From positions 929 through 64,928 of the forward strand of contig JBAYHC010000004.1 in assembly GCA_041666325.1 (NCBI GenBank): a stretch of 64,000 bases of DNA. The letters are read 5' to 3'. The stretch comes from Patescibacteria group bacterium (lineage in GTDB: Bacteria; Patescibacteriota; UBA1384; XYA2-FULL-43-10; 1-14-0-10-43-13). Shown one piece after another: positions 9,776 through 18,699 of the stretch; position 1 is the first letter of the stretch; each line of letters opens with the position of its first letter. The notes beneath the pieces were generated by a model. It saw nothing but the letters and a program-made list of their open reading frames with translations, did no database searches and was not told the origin of the DNA. Both the position numbers and the translations under genes were made by a program.

Positions 9776-10348
9776 ATGAGTTCTCCGGACTGTGCGTATG
9801 TTGACCAATCGCACGGAGAATTGCGTCTGAGTGTGCTTACGGGCCCGCTCAGCATGACGCAGTTCCATGTGCTCGGCAAAGGGCTTGTCGAGCTTGGGTC
9901 ATTGACAGTTCAGGCAAACATCATCGGCGCCAGCCATGTTGTTTCGGTAAAGCACGGCGGAGCAGAACTTCACGAAGTATTCGCCTGCCTGAATGTTGAT
10001 GGTCAACCCGCTTTCCTGCGACCATCGCCCGAGATTGTGGTACCGGTTACCCTGGACTTGCCGGGCTTCTCGTACCGCTTCACTCGGTCGATCCTGTCGG
10101 CGCCGGAAGCAGGCAATCCGTTCCAAACAGTGGCCAGCATCGAGAAGTCTCTCGAGTGCTTGCCACCAAACCAGATTGGCATCTCGTTCACCTTTCCGAC
10201 CAGCGGAAACGAGGTGAGCCCCAAGACAATCGTGTGCGTTTCGGCAACTCGAAGTCAGGTCATAGTCTCGACCCACCACGCCTATCCCAATGAAGGAGTG
10301 GTCGTCCAGACATTGTCCTGCATCGTTCCGAAGGAGGGAACCACATGA
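9776..10348 (+). CDS. DUF2617 family protein
   Basis: IIGASHVV...HEVFAC...PKTIV...THHAYPNEGVVVQTLS pattern; context next to DUF350 and speE. Confidence 0.75.
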   Translation: MSSPDCAYVDQSHGELRLSVLTGPLSMTQFHVLGKGLVELGSLTVQANIIGASHVVSVKHGGAELHEVFACLNVDGQPAFLRPSPEIVVPVTLDLPGFSYRFTRSILSAPEAGNPFQTVASIEKSLECLPPNQIGISFTFPTSGNEVSPKTIVCVSATRSQVIVSTHHAYPNEGVVVQTLSCIVPKEGTT

Positions 10349-11979
10349 AAAGGTTAACGGTGTGCATTGCTGCGGCCCTGCTGCTGGCCAGTCTGGCTGG
10401 CTGCAGCGGTCTACCCGAGGACCTGCGCAAGGAGGTCGAAGAAGGCCTCAAGGTCAGGTTCGAGACAGTTACGACTGAGATCCAGACGGAGACTACCAAG
10501 TTTGTCAACCTGAAGCAGAGCCCGGCATCTAAAGCGGCGTGGGCCTTCCTGGCCCCATACGCCGAAAAAGAGCGCTGGGAGGACCACTTCGGCACGGCAC
10601 AGCGAACGCTCGAAGCGGCCAAGAAGGAGTACCAAGAGGCGCTCGATCTGCTCAATAACAACAGAACAGAAGACGAGCAGACCTTGCGCACCAAGGTCAG
10701 GTCCATCACCGATGAGCTCCGGACTGCCGCCGATGAGGCCAGGCATGCCAGCGAACGATCAAGTTTTCTGTCTGAGGCCCGCGACCACGCGGTCGCCAAA
10801 GAAACGCAGGCCAAGGCGGAAGCGACCAAGGTTCGCGTCATGTACGAGTCGCTCGTCGGCGCCATCACCAAGGCCAAGCGGGACTTCACCAACAAGAAGA
10901 CCGACCTGGAGCAGCGACGGCAAGCTGCCGAGAAGGTTTGCCTTGAGTGCGAAAAGGCAAGAGATACAGCACTAGCATCGCTGCATCAGCGGCTGCCCGA
11001 CTACGCACTGTTCGGCGACAGCTGCACCACCGTCTCGGCGAAGCTTGCCCAGTTCACAGACGGCGACCGAGACCTGCGCAAGCGCCTCGGCCAACTCGGC
11101 CGATCGTATGCCAAGATTCTCGTCGATATGCGCGTCGAGTACTACGTCCAGGTAGTGCGCGTCTCCTGGGACGAGAACTCTGACTGGGAAACTGAGCACG
11201 AGCACGTCTACCAGCCCGTCAAAGTGGATCGCGAGGTCTACGAGTACTTCCGGACCAACTACGACGAGCGGCAAGACGACGGCAATGACTCCGATTGGAT
11301 CGCAGACACGACCGATGGCGGCAGTAGCACCAATACGATCCAATGCGACCAGGTGAAGTGGAACGCTCTCAACATCAACCCCGGCGAGAGCTGGGAGAGC
11401 GGTTGGCTTGGCGGCGACAACTATGCCAACTTCTACGTCCACGATATGCCGGTCAAGTGCTTCCACAAGTACACCATCGTGGAGAACGGCAAACGTCATG
11501 AAGTCGAAGAGGAGGTGTCCGAAGAGTTTTTCGATGAGTATGACGATGACCTGGGCATGGAGATCGTCTCCAAACCCTACGGTCTGTACGAAGACGAGAA
11601 GATCACTGAGCCAGCCCCGCCCGGCATGGCCGAAGTCGGCGACTTCCACTACGGCCACTGGCAAGGCACCGGCAATGGCCGCTACTGGACCTGGTACGAC
11701 CGCTGGAACTTCTACTGCGACCTCGTCCAGCCGCGCTACCACTACACCTACGTGGAGTGGGATACGTGGAGTGACGATTACCGCGGCGAGCGAGGCTACT
11801 ATGGCCCGGCCAACGCCAAGGTAGATCGCTACGGGACGCGATCCCAATACGCGCTATCCAACCCGCGGTATGCCAGCTCATACTGGGTCCGCTCGGGTGA
11901 ACACAGGTTCCAGATGTCATCCATTCGCAGCGCAGGCGGCAGCTTCCGCGCCGGCGGTCCTGGCGGCGGCGGAAAGTAG
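10345..11979 (+). CDS. Large lipoprotein: coiled-coil N-half, acidic Trp/Tyr-rich domain, Gly-rich tail ending in Lys
   Basis: Lipobox LAGC at aa 17-20; C-terminus SFRAGGPGGGGK; ATGA overlap with upstream gene. Confidence 0.85.
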   Translation: MKRLTVCIAAALLLASLAGCSGLPEDLRKEVEEGLKVRFETVTTEIQTETTKFVNLKQSPASKAAWAFLAPYAEKERWEDHFGTAQRTLEAAKKEYQEALDLLNNNRTEDEQTLRTKVRSITDELRTAADEARHASERSSFLSEARDHAVAKETQAKAEATKVRVMYESLVGAITKAKRDFTNKKTDLEQRRQAAEKVCLECEKARDTALASLHQRLPDYALFGDSCTTVSAKLAQFTDGDRDLRKRLGQLGRSYAKILVDMRVEYYVQVVRVSWDENSDWETEHEHVYQPVKVDREVYEYFRTNYDERQDDGNDSDWIADTTDGGSSTNTIQCDQVKWNALNINPGESWESGWLGGDNYANFYVHDMPVKCFHKYTIVENGKRHEVEEEVSEEFFDEYDDDLGMEIVSKPYGLYEDEKITEPAPPGMAEVGDFHYGHWQGTGNGRYWTWYDRWNFYCDLVQPRYHYTYVEWDTWSDDYRGERGYYGPANAKVDRYGTRSQYALSNPRYASSYWVRSGEHRFQMSSIRSAGGSFRAGGPGGGGK

Positions 11980-11989
11980 GAGGAACAAG

Positions 11990-12781
11990 ATGCTTCACGG
12001 CTTAGGTTTCGTGATACCAGCAATCGCGTTAGTCATCGTCCTCAAGGCGATCATCAACTGGCTCACGCCGTACAACGACGAGGAAGAGATCGTCACCAGC
12101 GACAATACGGCGGCGAGCCTGAGTGAGGCGGGACCGATTATCGGCCTGGCCATCGCCCTCGCCGGCGTACTCAACGGTGCCAAGACACCGACATGGCAAG
12201 AGAGCCTGACCACCTTCATCGTCGAAGGTATCGTGGCGCTCCTGCTCATCGTCATCATGCTCTTGGCGACCGGAGCGCGAGCCGAGGCAATGCGGGAACG
12301 CACGGCCTCGATGGCCCTCGTCAACGCTGCCATGTTCATCGCCATCGGGGCGATCATCGCGGCGTCCTTCGCTCACACAGGCGGCGGACTCGCGAGCGCG
12401 ATAACCTTCTCAGTTCTGGGGACGGCTGTCCTCGGCCTCACCTCTGCCCTCCAGACCAGAGTGGCGTACAGCGCAGAAGCAGGGGCTGGCAACATGGCGG
12501 CCGGGGTGATACTGGCAAGCGAGTTGCTTGCCTTCGGGGCAATCATTGCCTCAAGCATCATCGGCCCGTTCGCGGGGTGGTATGAGGACTTCGTTTCCTT
12601 CTTCCGCTCCGCGACGACTGCGTATCTGGTGCTGTTCGTCGTTCGGATCATCGTCCACCGCCTCCTGCTCCCGGGCAGCGATCTATACACGGAGATCGTC
12701 CGGGACAAGAGCGTGGCGTCGGCCATCCGCTACGCCACCGTCGCGACTATCGCGGCCATCATCGCCAGCACGCTGGTCTGA
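11990..12781 (+). CDS. DUF350 (YjfL-like) membrane protein, duplicated domain
   Basis: LTPYNDEEEIVTSDNTAASL, GNMAAGV, LYTEIVRDKSVASAI; AGGAGG before ATG 11990. Confidence 0.8.
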   Translation: MLHGLGFVIPAIALVIVLKAIINWLTPYNDEEEIVTSDNTAASLSEAGPIIGLAIALAGVLNGAKTPTWQESLTTFIVEGIVALLLIVIMLLATGARAEAMRERTASMALVNAAMFIAIGAIIAASFAHTGGGLASAITFSVLGTAVLGLTSALQTRVAYSAEAGAGNMAAGVILASELLAFGAIIASSIIGPFAGWYEDFVSFFRSATTAYLVLFVVRIIVHRLLLPGSDLYTEIVRDKSVASAIRYATVATIAAIIASTLV

Positions 12782-12930
12782 TGATGGTATCTCAGAGCTC
12801 CCCCGCCCGCGGGCGGGGGAGAGATATTTCACCTAAACAGCATTTTGCTCCTGACAAGCACAAACTGTTTCGGTGAAAAGTAGTTCATCGAACAAATTCC
12901 CGCATCGGCGGATGAAACACGGAGGGAATC

Positions 12931-14652
12931 ATGAGCACGAATGTGGCATGCCTGAGCAAAGAGAACTCGTCACGATTCTGGCAGTCGAGGTGGCCAACGG
13001 TTGTACTGGTAGTGACGATGCTGGTGACTGGCGCCTGCGGCCTCGTCTACGAGTACGTGCTGTCGACGGTCAGCACGTACATCCTCGGCAACTCCATTGA
13101 GCAGTTCAGTGTCATCATCGCGTTGATGTTGCTCTCGATGGGCGTCGCCGGCTACCTGCAGAAGTTCAGTGACGATAGCAGACTAGCAGACAAGTTCATC
13201 ATTGCCGAGCTGCTGCTGGCGACCATCGGCGGATTTGCACCGATCGCGGTCTACACCGCCTTCGCACAGCTCTCCGACCACTTCCAGATCATTCTTTACG
13301 CCACGGTCATCGCGGTCGGTGCCCTTATCGGCCTGGAGATACCGCTGGCCGTCCGCATCAACGAGAAATACGTGGCAGCGCTCAAGGGCAACATCGCCTC
13401 CGTCTGGGGTGCCGACTACATCGGCAGCTTCCTGGGAGCAATCATCTGGACGCGTGTGTTGCTCAAATACCTACCGTTGACGAAGATCAGCTTCGTTCTG
13501 GCAGGCTGCAACTTGTTCGTTGCCCTGCTAGTCTTCACTACATTCTGGCGCGCTGGTCTTGTTCATCGGCGCTATGGGATCCTGGTCAGCTTCGTGCTGG
13601 TTGGAGCAGCACTCTCGATCGGGTTCGTCCGAAATGTCGGCTGGTCCCAGAATCTAGAGCAACAGCTCTACGATGAGCCGATTGTCTTCTCGGAGACAAC
13701 GCGCTACCAGCGCTTGGTCGTCACTCACGACGTCGAGCTGGATGACTACAGGCTGTATATCAACGGCAATCTCCAGTTCAGCTCGGTTGACGAGGCGATC
13801 TACCACGAGATGCTCGTACTTCCCGCAATGTCGCTAGTTCACCCCAAGGACGTTCTCATCCTCGGCGGCGGTGACGGCCTGGCCCTGCGCGAGGTTGAGA
13901 AGTTTCGCGATGTGCAGAACATCACTCTGGTCGACCTTGACCCCGAGATGATTAAGCTCGCCAGCACCAATGCGGTATTCCGCCGCCTGAATAAGGACTC
14001 CTTCCACGATGCACGGGTTCACGCTTCAGCTTCGCTTGGTGTTGTACCGGCTGGCATTAAGAAGCCGCTCTATCAGGAGTCTGAGGATGACGAAAGAAAG
14101 TGGCGCCGCGGTCGGATAGAGCCAAAGCTGAACAAGATCGGTTGGGTTGACGTCTACAACGTAGATGCCGACAAGTTCCTCTCGCTCGCACGTGGACACT
14201 GGGACGTTGTCATCGTCGATCTGCCAGACCCAAACGCGATTGAGCTGGCCAAGCTCTACAGCCAGGAGTTCTACGCCAAGATCAGGAAGCGCCTGGCGCC
14301 TGGCGGCATGGTGGTGGTCCAAGCCTCGTCGCCATACCACTCCAAAGAGGCGTTTCTGTGCATGAAGCGCACCATGGAAGCGGCTGGCTTGGCCGTTCTG
14401 CCTTATCACCAGAACGTACCCTCGTTCGGTGACTGGGGCTGGCTTCTTGGCAGAAACAAGGCGGACCACCGCGCACGTACGGTGGGCAACCTCAAGATCA
14501 CTGTCCCAACCACCTACCTCACCCCCGATGTCTGGCGCAGCTCCCTGGCATTCGGCAAGGGTATGCTCGAGACTGAAGAAAGAGACGTGAGCACACTGAT
14601 GCAGCCCGCCATCCTTCGCTGGTACGTCGACGAAGGCTGGAAGATCGAATAG
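12931..14652 (+). CDS. speE: Polyamine aminopropyltransferase (spermidine synthase-like) with N-terminal membrane domain
   Basis: About 7 TM segments (GACGLVYEY, GLEIPL, ADYIG), then YQRLVVT, YHEMLV, LILGGGDG, VDLDPEM, VDLPDP, LYSQEFY, VPSFGDWG. Confidence 0.93.
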   Translation: MSTNVACLSKENSSRFWQSRWPTVVLVVTMLVTGACGLVYEYVLSTVSTYILGNSIEQFSVIIALMLLSMGVAGYLQKFSDDSRLADKFIIAELLLATIGGFAPIAVYTAFAQLSDHFQIILYATVIAVGALIGLEIPLAVRINEKYVAALKGNIASVWGADYIGSFLGAIIWTRVLLKYLPLTKISFVLAGCNLFVALLVFTTFWRAGLVHRRYGILVSFVLVGAALSIGFVRNVGWSQNLEQQLYDEPIVFSETTRYQRLVVTHDVELDDYRLYINGNLQFSSVDEAIYHEMLVLPAMSLVHPKDVLILGGGDGLALREVEKFRDVQNITLVDLDPEMIKLASTNAVFRRLNKDSFHDARVHASASLGVVPAGIKKPLYQESEDDERKWRRGRIEPKLNKIGWVDVYNVDADKFLSLARGHWDVVIVDLPDPNAIELAKLYSQEFYAKIRKRLAPGGMVVVQASSPYHSKEAFLCMKRTMEAAGLAVLPYHQNVPSFGDWGWLLGRNKADHRARTVGNLKITVPTTYLTPDVWRSSLAFGKGMLETEERDVSTLMQPAILRWYVDEGWKIE

Positions 14653-14684
14653 ACGCCCGGATGAAAGGCCAGGCTAGTCTCACC

Positions 14685-14715
14685 CGCCCCAGCGACCGCG
14701 CTGGGGCGTTTTTTT
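14685..14715 (+). terminator. Intrinsic terminator after speE
   Basis: CGCCCCAGCG-ACCG-CGCTGGGGCG followed by T7. Confidence 0.85.
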
Positions 14716-14823
14716 GTATCCGGAGAATTACGCCCCAGCATCGACACAAACCAATACAATTTCTGTATTTTAGAATAAAAAAGGGCAGCTTGCCTGGTGC
14801 TACCCACGAAGATATACCCGCGA

Positions 14824-15246
14824 TCACTGTATCGGCTCAAGCACCATCGGTGCTTTTCCCGGATCAAAACAGAAGGTAAAGACTGTTATTCCAAGTGCTT
14901 CTGCCAGAAAAACGTACGCGTAAATTTCCATTTCATGTATCAATCTCTGGCCTCTAACACGACCAGGCAGCTCAACGCACTTGTCCCAAAGAGGCGAATA
15001 GATCACGGTTGCATAACGTCTCAAGCACCAGGGCAAGGCATACCCCCACCTTACAGCCTGTTCAGTCAGGGCCGCTATCACGGCTTTATAACTAACGCGA
15101 TCGACAACAACTATATTGTCCTGACCTGGCAAACGATAGCAACTACCGATGGCCTTTAGGCGCTCCAAACGCTCGTGATCCAGTCCCCCATCCTTGAGAA
15201 CGCCATAACAACCGACATCATCAGGCAGAACATTATCGTCGCTCAT
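14824..15246 (-). CDS. Hypothetical protein
   Basis: ORF with AGAAGGG before ATG 15246; no recognisable motif. Confidence 0.5.
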   Translation of the reverse strand: MSDDNVLPDDVGCYGVLKDGGLDHERLERLKAIGSCYRLPGQDNIVVVDRVSYKAVIAALTEQAVRWGYALPWCLRRYATVIYSPLWDKCVELPGRVRGQRLIHEMEIYAYVFLAEALGITVFTFCFDPGKAPMVLEPIQ

Positions 15247-15452
15247 AGCACATACCCTTCTCGCACAGCGATGTCTTGGCACAATATACCACTTTTATGA
15301 TTTTTTACAATCTCCAAGGTGATAACTAACTAGCGACGCTTTCAGACTAGCCCATGTTTGTGGAAATTATTGAACCTAACCGATCCTCGCTCATACCAAA
15401 AAGGCCAGTCATTATGACTGGCCCTCCTCTAGCCATGATTTAGGACAACGAA

Positions 15453-16085
15453 TTATCTTCTCAACAATATCGTCGCATTGCCAAGCTGCTCTTCGAAGTC
15501 GCCGGCATATGAGCACTCCCTAATCTTGTGTTGTTTAGCTTCCGATGAGAAAAAATTAGAATATCTCGCTATCATCTCGGCAATTTTATAATGAACATCA
15601 GGATTTTCTGTTTTATGAAGAAACCAATCATTGCCGGCAGTGCTTTCTCGTGCAGTATCAACAATCTGATTAACGTCATGTTTAGTAAGAACAATCTCCT
15701 TAGTGCCACCAATAATCTGACTTTGGATTTTTGCCATCAACTCCGGATGAAGCTGGTGGCCCTCGATAATAATATCGCGACCTGCCTTTGACATAGATTC
15801 GGCCAAGGTTTCGATTGCCTGCCATGACGTCTTGGCCTGTGCCACATATGCCTGAAAAATTTCCTTACCCGAGTAGGTGCCATACATTAGATCATTACTG
15901 TTGCCAGTTCTTTTGCGCATCAAGTCTTTAGGGAACCTGCTATCCTGATCTTCCGATGGGGTATACCGCTTCACGATTGACTCCAACATATCTGCAGACA
16001 CCCAAGAGATGCCAAGCTGTTCCGACAAGCGCTTGGCCAATATAGTTTTACCACACCTAGGCGGTCCTCCGATTAAGTAGATCAT
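15453..16085 (-). CDS. P-loop kinase (2-phosphoglycerate kinase-like)
   Basis: MIYLIGGPPRCGKT, IIIEG. Confidence 0.8.
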   Translation of the reverse strand: MIYLIGGPPRCGKTILAKRLSEQLGISWVSADMLESIVKRYTPSEDQDSRFPKDLMRKRTGNSNDLMYGTYSGKEIFQAYVAQAKTSWQAIETLAESMSKAGRDIIIEGHQLHPELMAKIQSQIIGGTKEIVLTKHDVNQIVDTARESTAGNDWFLHKTENPDVHYKIAEMIARYSNFFSSEAKQHKIRECSYAGDFEEQLGNATILLRR

Positions 16086-16220
16086 GTTTGCCTTACTATT
16101 TGTTACATGGCCCTAAATCATTGCCCACTGGCTCGATCCCAGCCCAGGATCAATAAACTCATTGTCCCCATGACATTTCTGGTACCAGTAATTGTATGAT
16201 TTCGAACTACAAAGTTGAAA

Positions 16221-16424
16221 TTAATCTTGATATTCTAAAATATCTCCTGGCTGACATTCCAGGGTCTTGCATATCGCCTCTAGGGTTGATAGCCGAACCG
16301 CTTTAGCCTTTCCGTTTTTCAGTATAGAAAGGTTGGCCATTGTTATCCCGACTCTTCTCGCAAGTTCCGTCACACTCATTTTTCGCTTAGCCAGCATTAC
16401 ATCGATATTGATAATAATTGCCAT
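16221..16424 (-). CDS. Cro/C1-type HTH regulator (YozG-like)
   Basis: MAIIINIDVMLAKRKMSVTEL...ANLSILKNGKAKAVR...CQPGDILEY. Confidence 0.93.
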   Translation of the reverse strand: MAIIINIDVMLAKRKMSVTELARRVGITMANLSILKNGKAKAVRLSTLEAICKTLECQPGDILEYQD

Positions 16425-16433
16425 AAAGTTTCC

Positions 16434-16913
16434 TTAGACTGTTAAATCGTTTTCCGATTTGATGTCGAGAGCGTCTTGCAAGACCTTTTGAAGCACGGCC
16501 GACAGCGTTGCGATCACTATCGAAGCAAAAATGATGACCAATCCGATAGCAAGTATACCCGGGGCATCACCACCGTCTGCAACAATAAACAAAAATGGTG
16601 AGCATGCCATATACAAAAGGCCGACCGCAATCCCGCTACGCTTAATGTTCTTCAAAACTTTGACGGACAACTCCGAGAAAGCCTCATTAATATCGATGTA
16701 ATTTAACAGTTTCCAGGCCTGATAGAGTGCACTATAAAACGGTATCGTCGACGCAGCCAAAACTATCAAAATGGGCAACAATTCATACTGAACGGGCATG
16801 ACATCCACCATCTCTTTGGCAACTGCCGGCAACACGAATACGCACAAAGCGAACACCACCAAGCCGATAAGAATAACCGCCCCCCTTAATAGAATCGTTG
16901 ATCCTCGTTTCAT
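16434..16913 (-). CDS. DUF2975 membrane protein (YoaS-like)
   Basis: MKRGSTILL...AFSELSVKVLKNIK...DAPG...IKSENDLTV; usual partner of YozG-like regulators. Confidence 0.9.
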   Translation of the reverse strand: MKRGSTILLRGAVILIGLVVFALCVFVLPAVAKEMVDVMPVQYELLPILIVLAASTIPFYSALYQAWKLLNYIDINEAFSELSVKVLKNIKRSGIAVGLLYMACSPFLFIVADGGDAPGILAIGLVIIFASIVIATLSAVLQKVLQDALDIKSENDLTV

Positions 16914-16953
16914 AGGTGCCTCACCGATTAATTATTTACTCGGTTATATCACA

Positions 16954-16978
16954 TATTTTATTGTAAAACAATAAAATA
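16954..16978. promoter_or_regulatory. Palindromic operator, probably bound by the YozG-like regulator
   Basis: TATTTTATTGT-AAA-ACAATAAAATA inverted repeat 40 nt upstream of the DUF2975 gene. Confidence 0.6.
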
Positions 16979-17171
16979 GTATCGAATTACACTCTGACAC
17001 CCCCTGCCACCCGTCGGGTGAAATAGCTCTGCACCGCTTCAACAACAGCGGCGTGGCGATAAGGTAAGGCACCATTTAGATAGTATTATTTGGCTCTGTC
17101 GTTTATGTTATTATATTGGCATAAGTAGTTTCTCATGATATGAGAGATCGAGCTAATCTAGAAAGGAGCAC

Positions 17172-17390
17172 ATGGCAGAAGGGCGAATATTTAGTGAGAA
17201 CGATGCAGAACAGTTTTTAAATGAACGCTACAAAACAAGAGCTATCTGTAATGTTTGTGGTCGCACATCCTGTGCAGAAGGTGAAGTTGGCGGTTTGTGT
17301 GATATGCCGCAACCAGATGGAAATCGGTGTACCGGTATCATGAAGGCGTCCGATGAAGACGAAAAAATGGATGAACCGGTCACCAATTAA
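17172..17390 (+). CDS. Small Cys-rich hypothetical protein
   Basis: AAAGGAG RBS; CNVC...C...C...C. Confidence 0.6.
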   Translation: MAEGRIFSENDAEQFLNERYKTRAICNVCGRTSCAEGEVGGLCDMPQPDGNRCTGIMKASDEDEKMDEPVTN

Positions 17391-17487
17391 ATAAGCGTTA
17401 AATTTCTAACTTCTCTAACTGTTGAGAACCATAATAGTTTGAAAATGTGGCATTTGTCAGCTGGTGGAAAGACCTGCCAAAAGGTGC

Positions 17488-17766
17488 TTATTTAAACCAT
17501 TTTTGCGCATTTGGCCGGCGGTGAGGGCAACCGGGCCAGCAACATGGACGATGCTTCCCCTTGGGCAGATCTGCCAATATCCGCTCGATGTGCTCTTTTC
17601 TTGTTTCCGGCTTCTTGACGATCGTCGTCCAACAAATCCACTCGTTACGCGCGAGCGGCGTCAAATTGTTCCACATCTCTAGCACCTCCGGATTGGCAGT
17701 CAGGGCCTCCTTTATGTCCTCTGGCACATCATGCACCACACCGGTGGCGATTGTTTTTTGCTTCAT
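17488..17766 (-). CDS. YdeI/OmpD-associated family protein
   Basis: VPEDIKEAL...WNNLTPLARNEWICW...KKPETR...RPCCWPGCPHR. Confidence 0.85.
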   Translation of the reverse strand: MKQKTIATGVVHDVPEDIKEALTANPEVLEMWNNLTPLARNEWICWTTIVKKPETRKEHIERILADLPKGKHRPCCWPGCPHRRPNAQKWFK

Positions 17767-17826
17767 ATAATCTTTTCCAAATTTTTTTTGAGTCAGGGTG
17801 TCCCCCTCATTGTAGCACAGCAGCGG

Positions 17827-18027
17827 TCAATCAGATTGTTTAGCATAGCTCTCAAGCGCTTGCGTTATCAATGTTGAGGCAATATTAAACGCTTTGATTC
17901 GGCGGATGAGCAGGGTGTGCTGCGACGTGCCTGGTTTTAGCTTTGGCAAGACTTTCTCGCACTTGCTTATGGTTGAGGCTATTGCCCGAAGCGCTTCTTC
18001 CAATTCTTCTTGTGTAAAATTATTCAT
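17827..18027 (-). CDS. Small hypothetical protein
   Basis: FTQEELEEALRAIASTISKCEK...GTSQHTLLIRRIKAF; helical 66 aa ORF. Confidence 0.65.
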   Translation of the reverse strand: MNNFTQEELEEALRAIASTISKCEKVLPKLKPGTSQHTLLIRRIKAFNIASTLITQALESYAKQSD

Positions 18028-18177
18028 AATCATATCCGCGCCTAGCTATTTTCTTACCATTACACAATTCTAATGAAATGGGCAAACTTTGCAAGACCTT
18101 CTAACTCAGCTAGATAACCTCATTATGCGCCAGAGGATTCGTTCCGTTTTCTTGGACGACCGAGTAAAATGATTACT

Positions 18178-18531
18178 ATGACAACACCTCGTATCTATAC
18201 AATGAGCTTTGCAAGCGTCTATCCGCTTTATGTCGCTAAAGCAGCGAAAGGGGGACGGACAAAATCAGAAGTCGATGAAATCATCTGTTGGTTGACGGGA
18301 TACAGCCAAGAGGAACTAGGGACTCAATTGGAAAAACAGACGGACTTTGAAACTTTCATTGCGGAAGCTCCTAAGCCCAATCCCTTAAGAGCTTTGATTA
18401 AAGGGGTAATTTGTGGTGTCCGAGTGGAAGAGATCAAAGAACCAGTTATGCGGGAAATTCGCTGCCTCGATATACTAATCGACGAGCTGGCAAGGGGAAA
18501 AGCAATGGAGAAAATTTTGCGGGAAAGCTAG
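18178..18531 (+). CDS. DUF2200 family protein
   Basis: [18 protein letters not shown]...[12 protein letters not shown]...[13 protein letters not shown]...DELARGK. Confidence 0.92.
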   Translation: MTTPRIYTMSFASVYPLYVAKAAKGGRTKSEVDEIICWLTGYSQEELGTQLEKQTDFETFIAEAPKPNPLRALIKGVICGVRVEEIKEPVMREIRCLDILIDELARGKAMEKILRES

Positions 18532-18699
18532 ATTTTCTTCCAGGGCGGCGGAGTTTCTGCGCGTATAGGTTAAGGGCCTTAGGATATTTACAAGCAAAAG
18601 TTTCTAGCCGCCCTAACCGTTGAGGGCCAAGAAACGCTTATCACTCAGCAGGTAGTCAAATGGGGAGCATTCCTTAGTTTTTTCTAGGGGTGCATCTCT

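Noticed and set aside
10260-12726. Long antisense and alternate-frame ORFs (e.g. 10972..11847, 10260..10895)
   Set aside because: Expected shadow ORFs of GC-rich coding DNA; no motifs or RBS.
12798-12821. GC palindrome resembling a type I-E CRISPR repeat
   Set aside because: Single copy, no spacers and no cas genes in the window.
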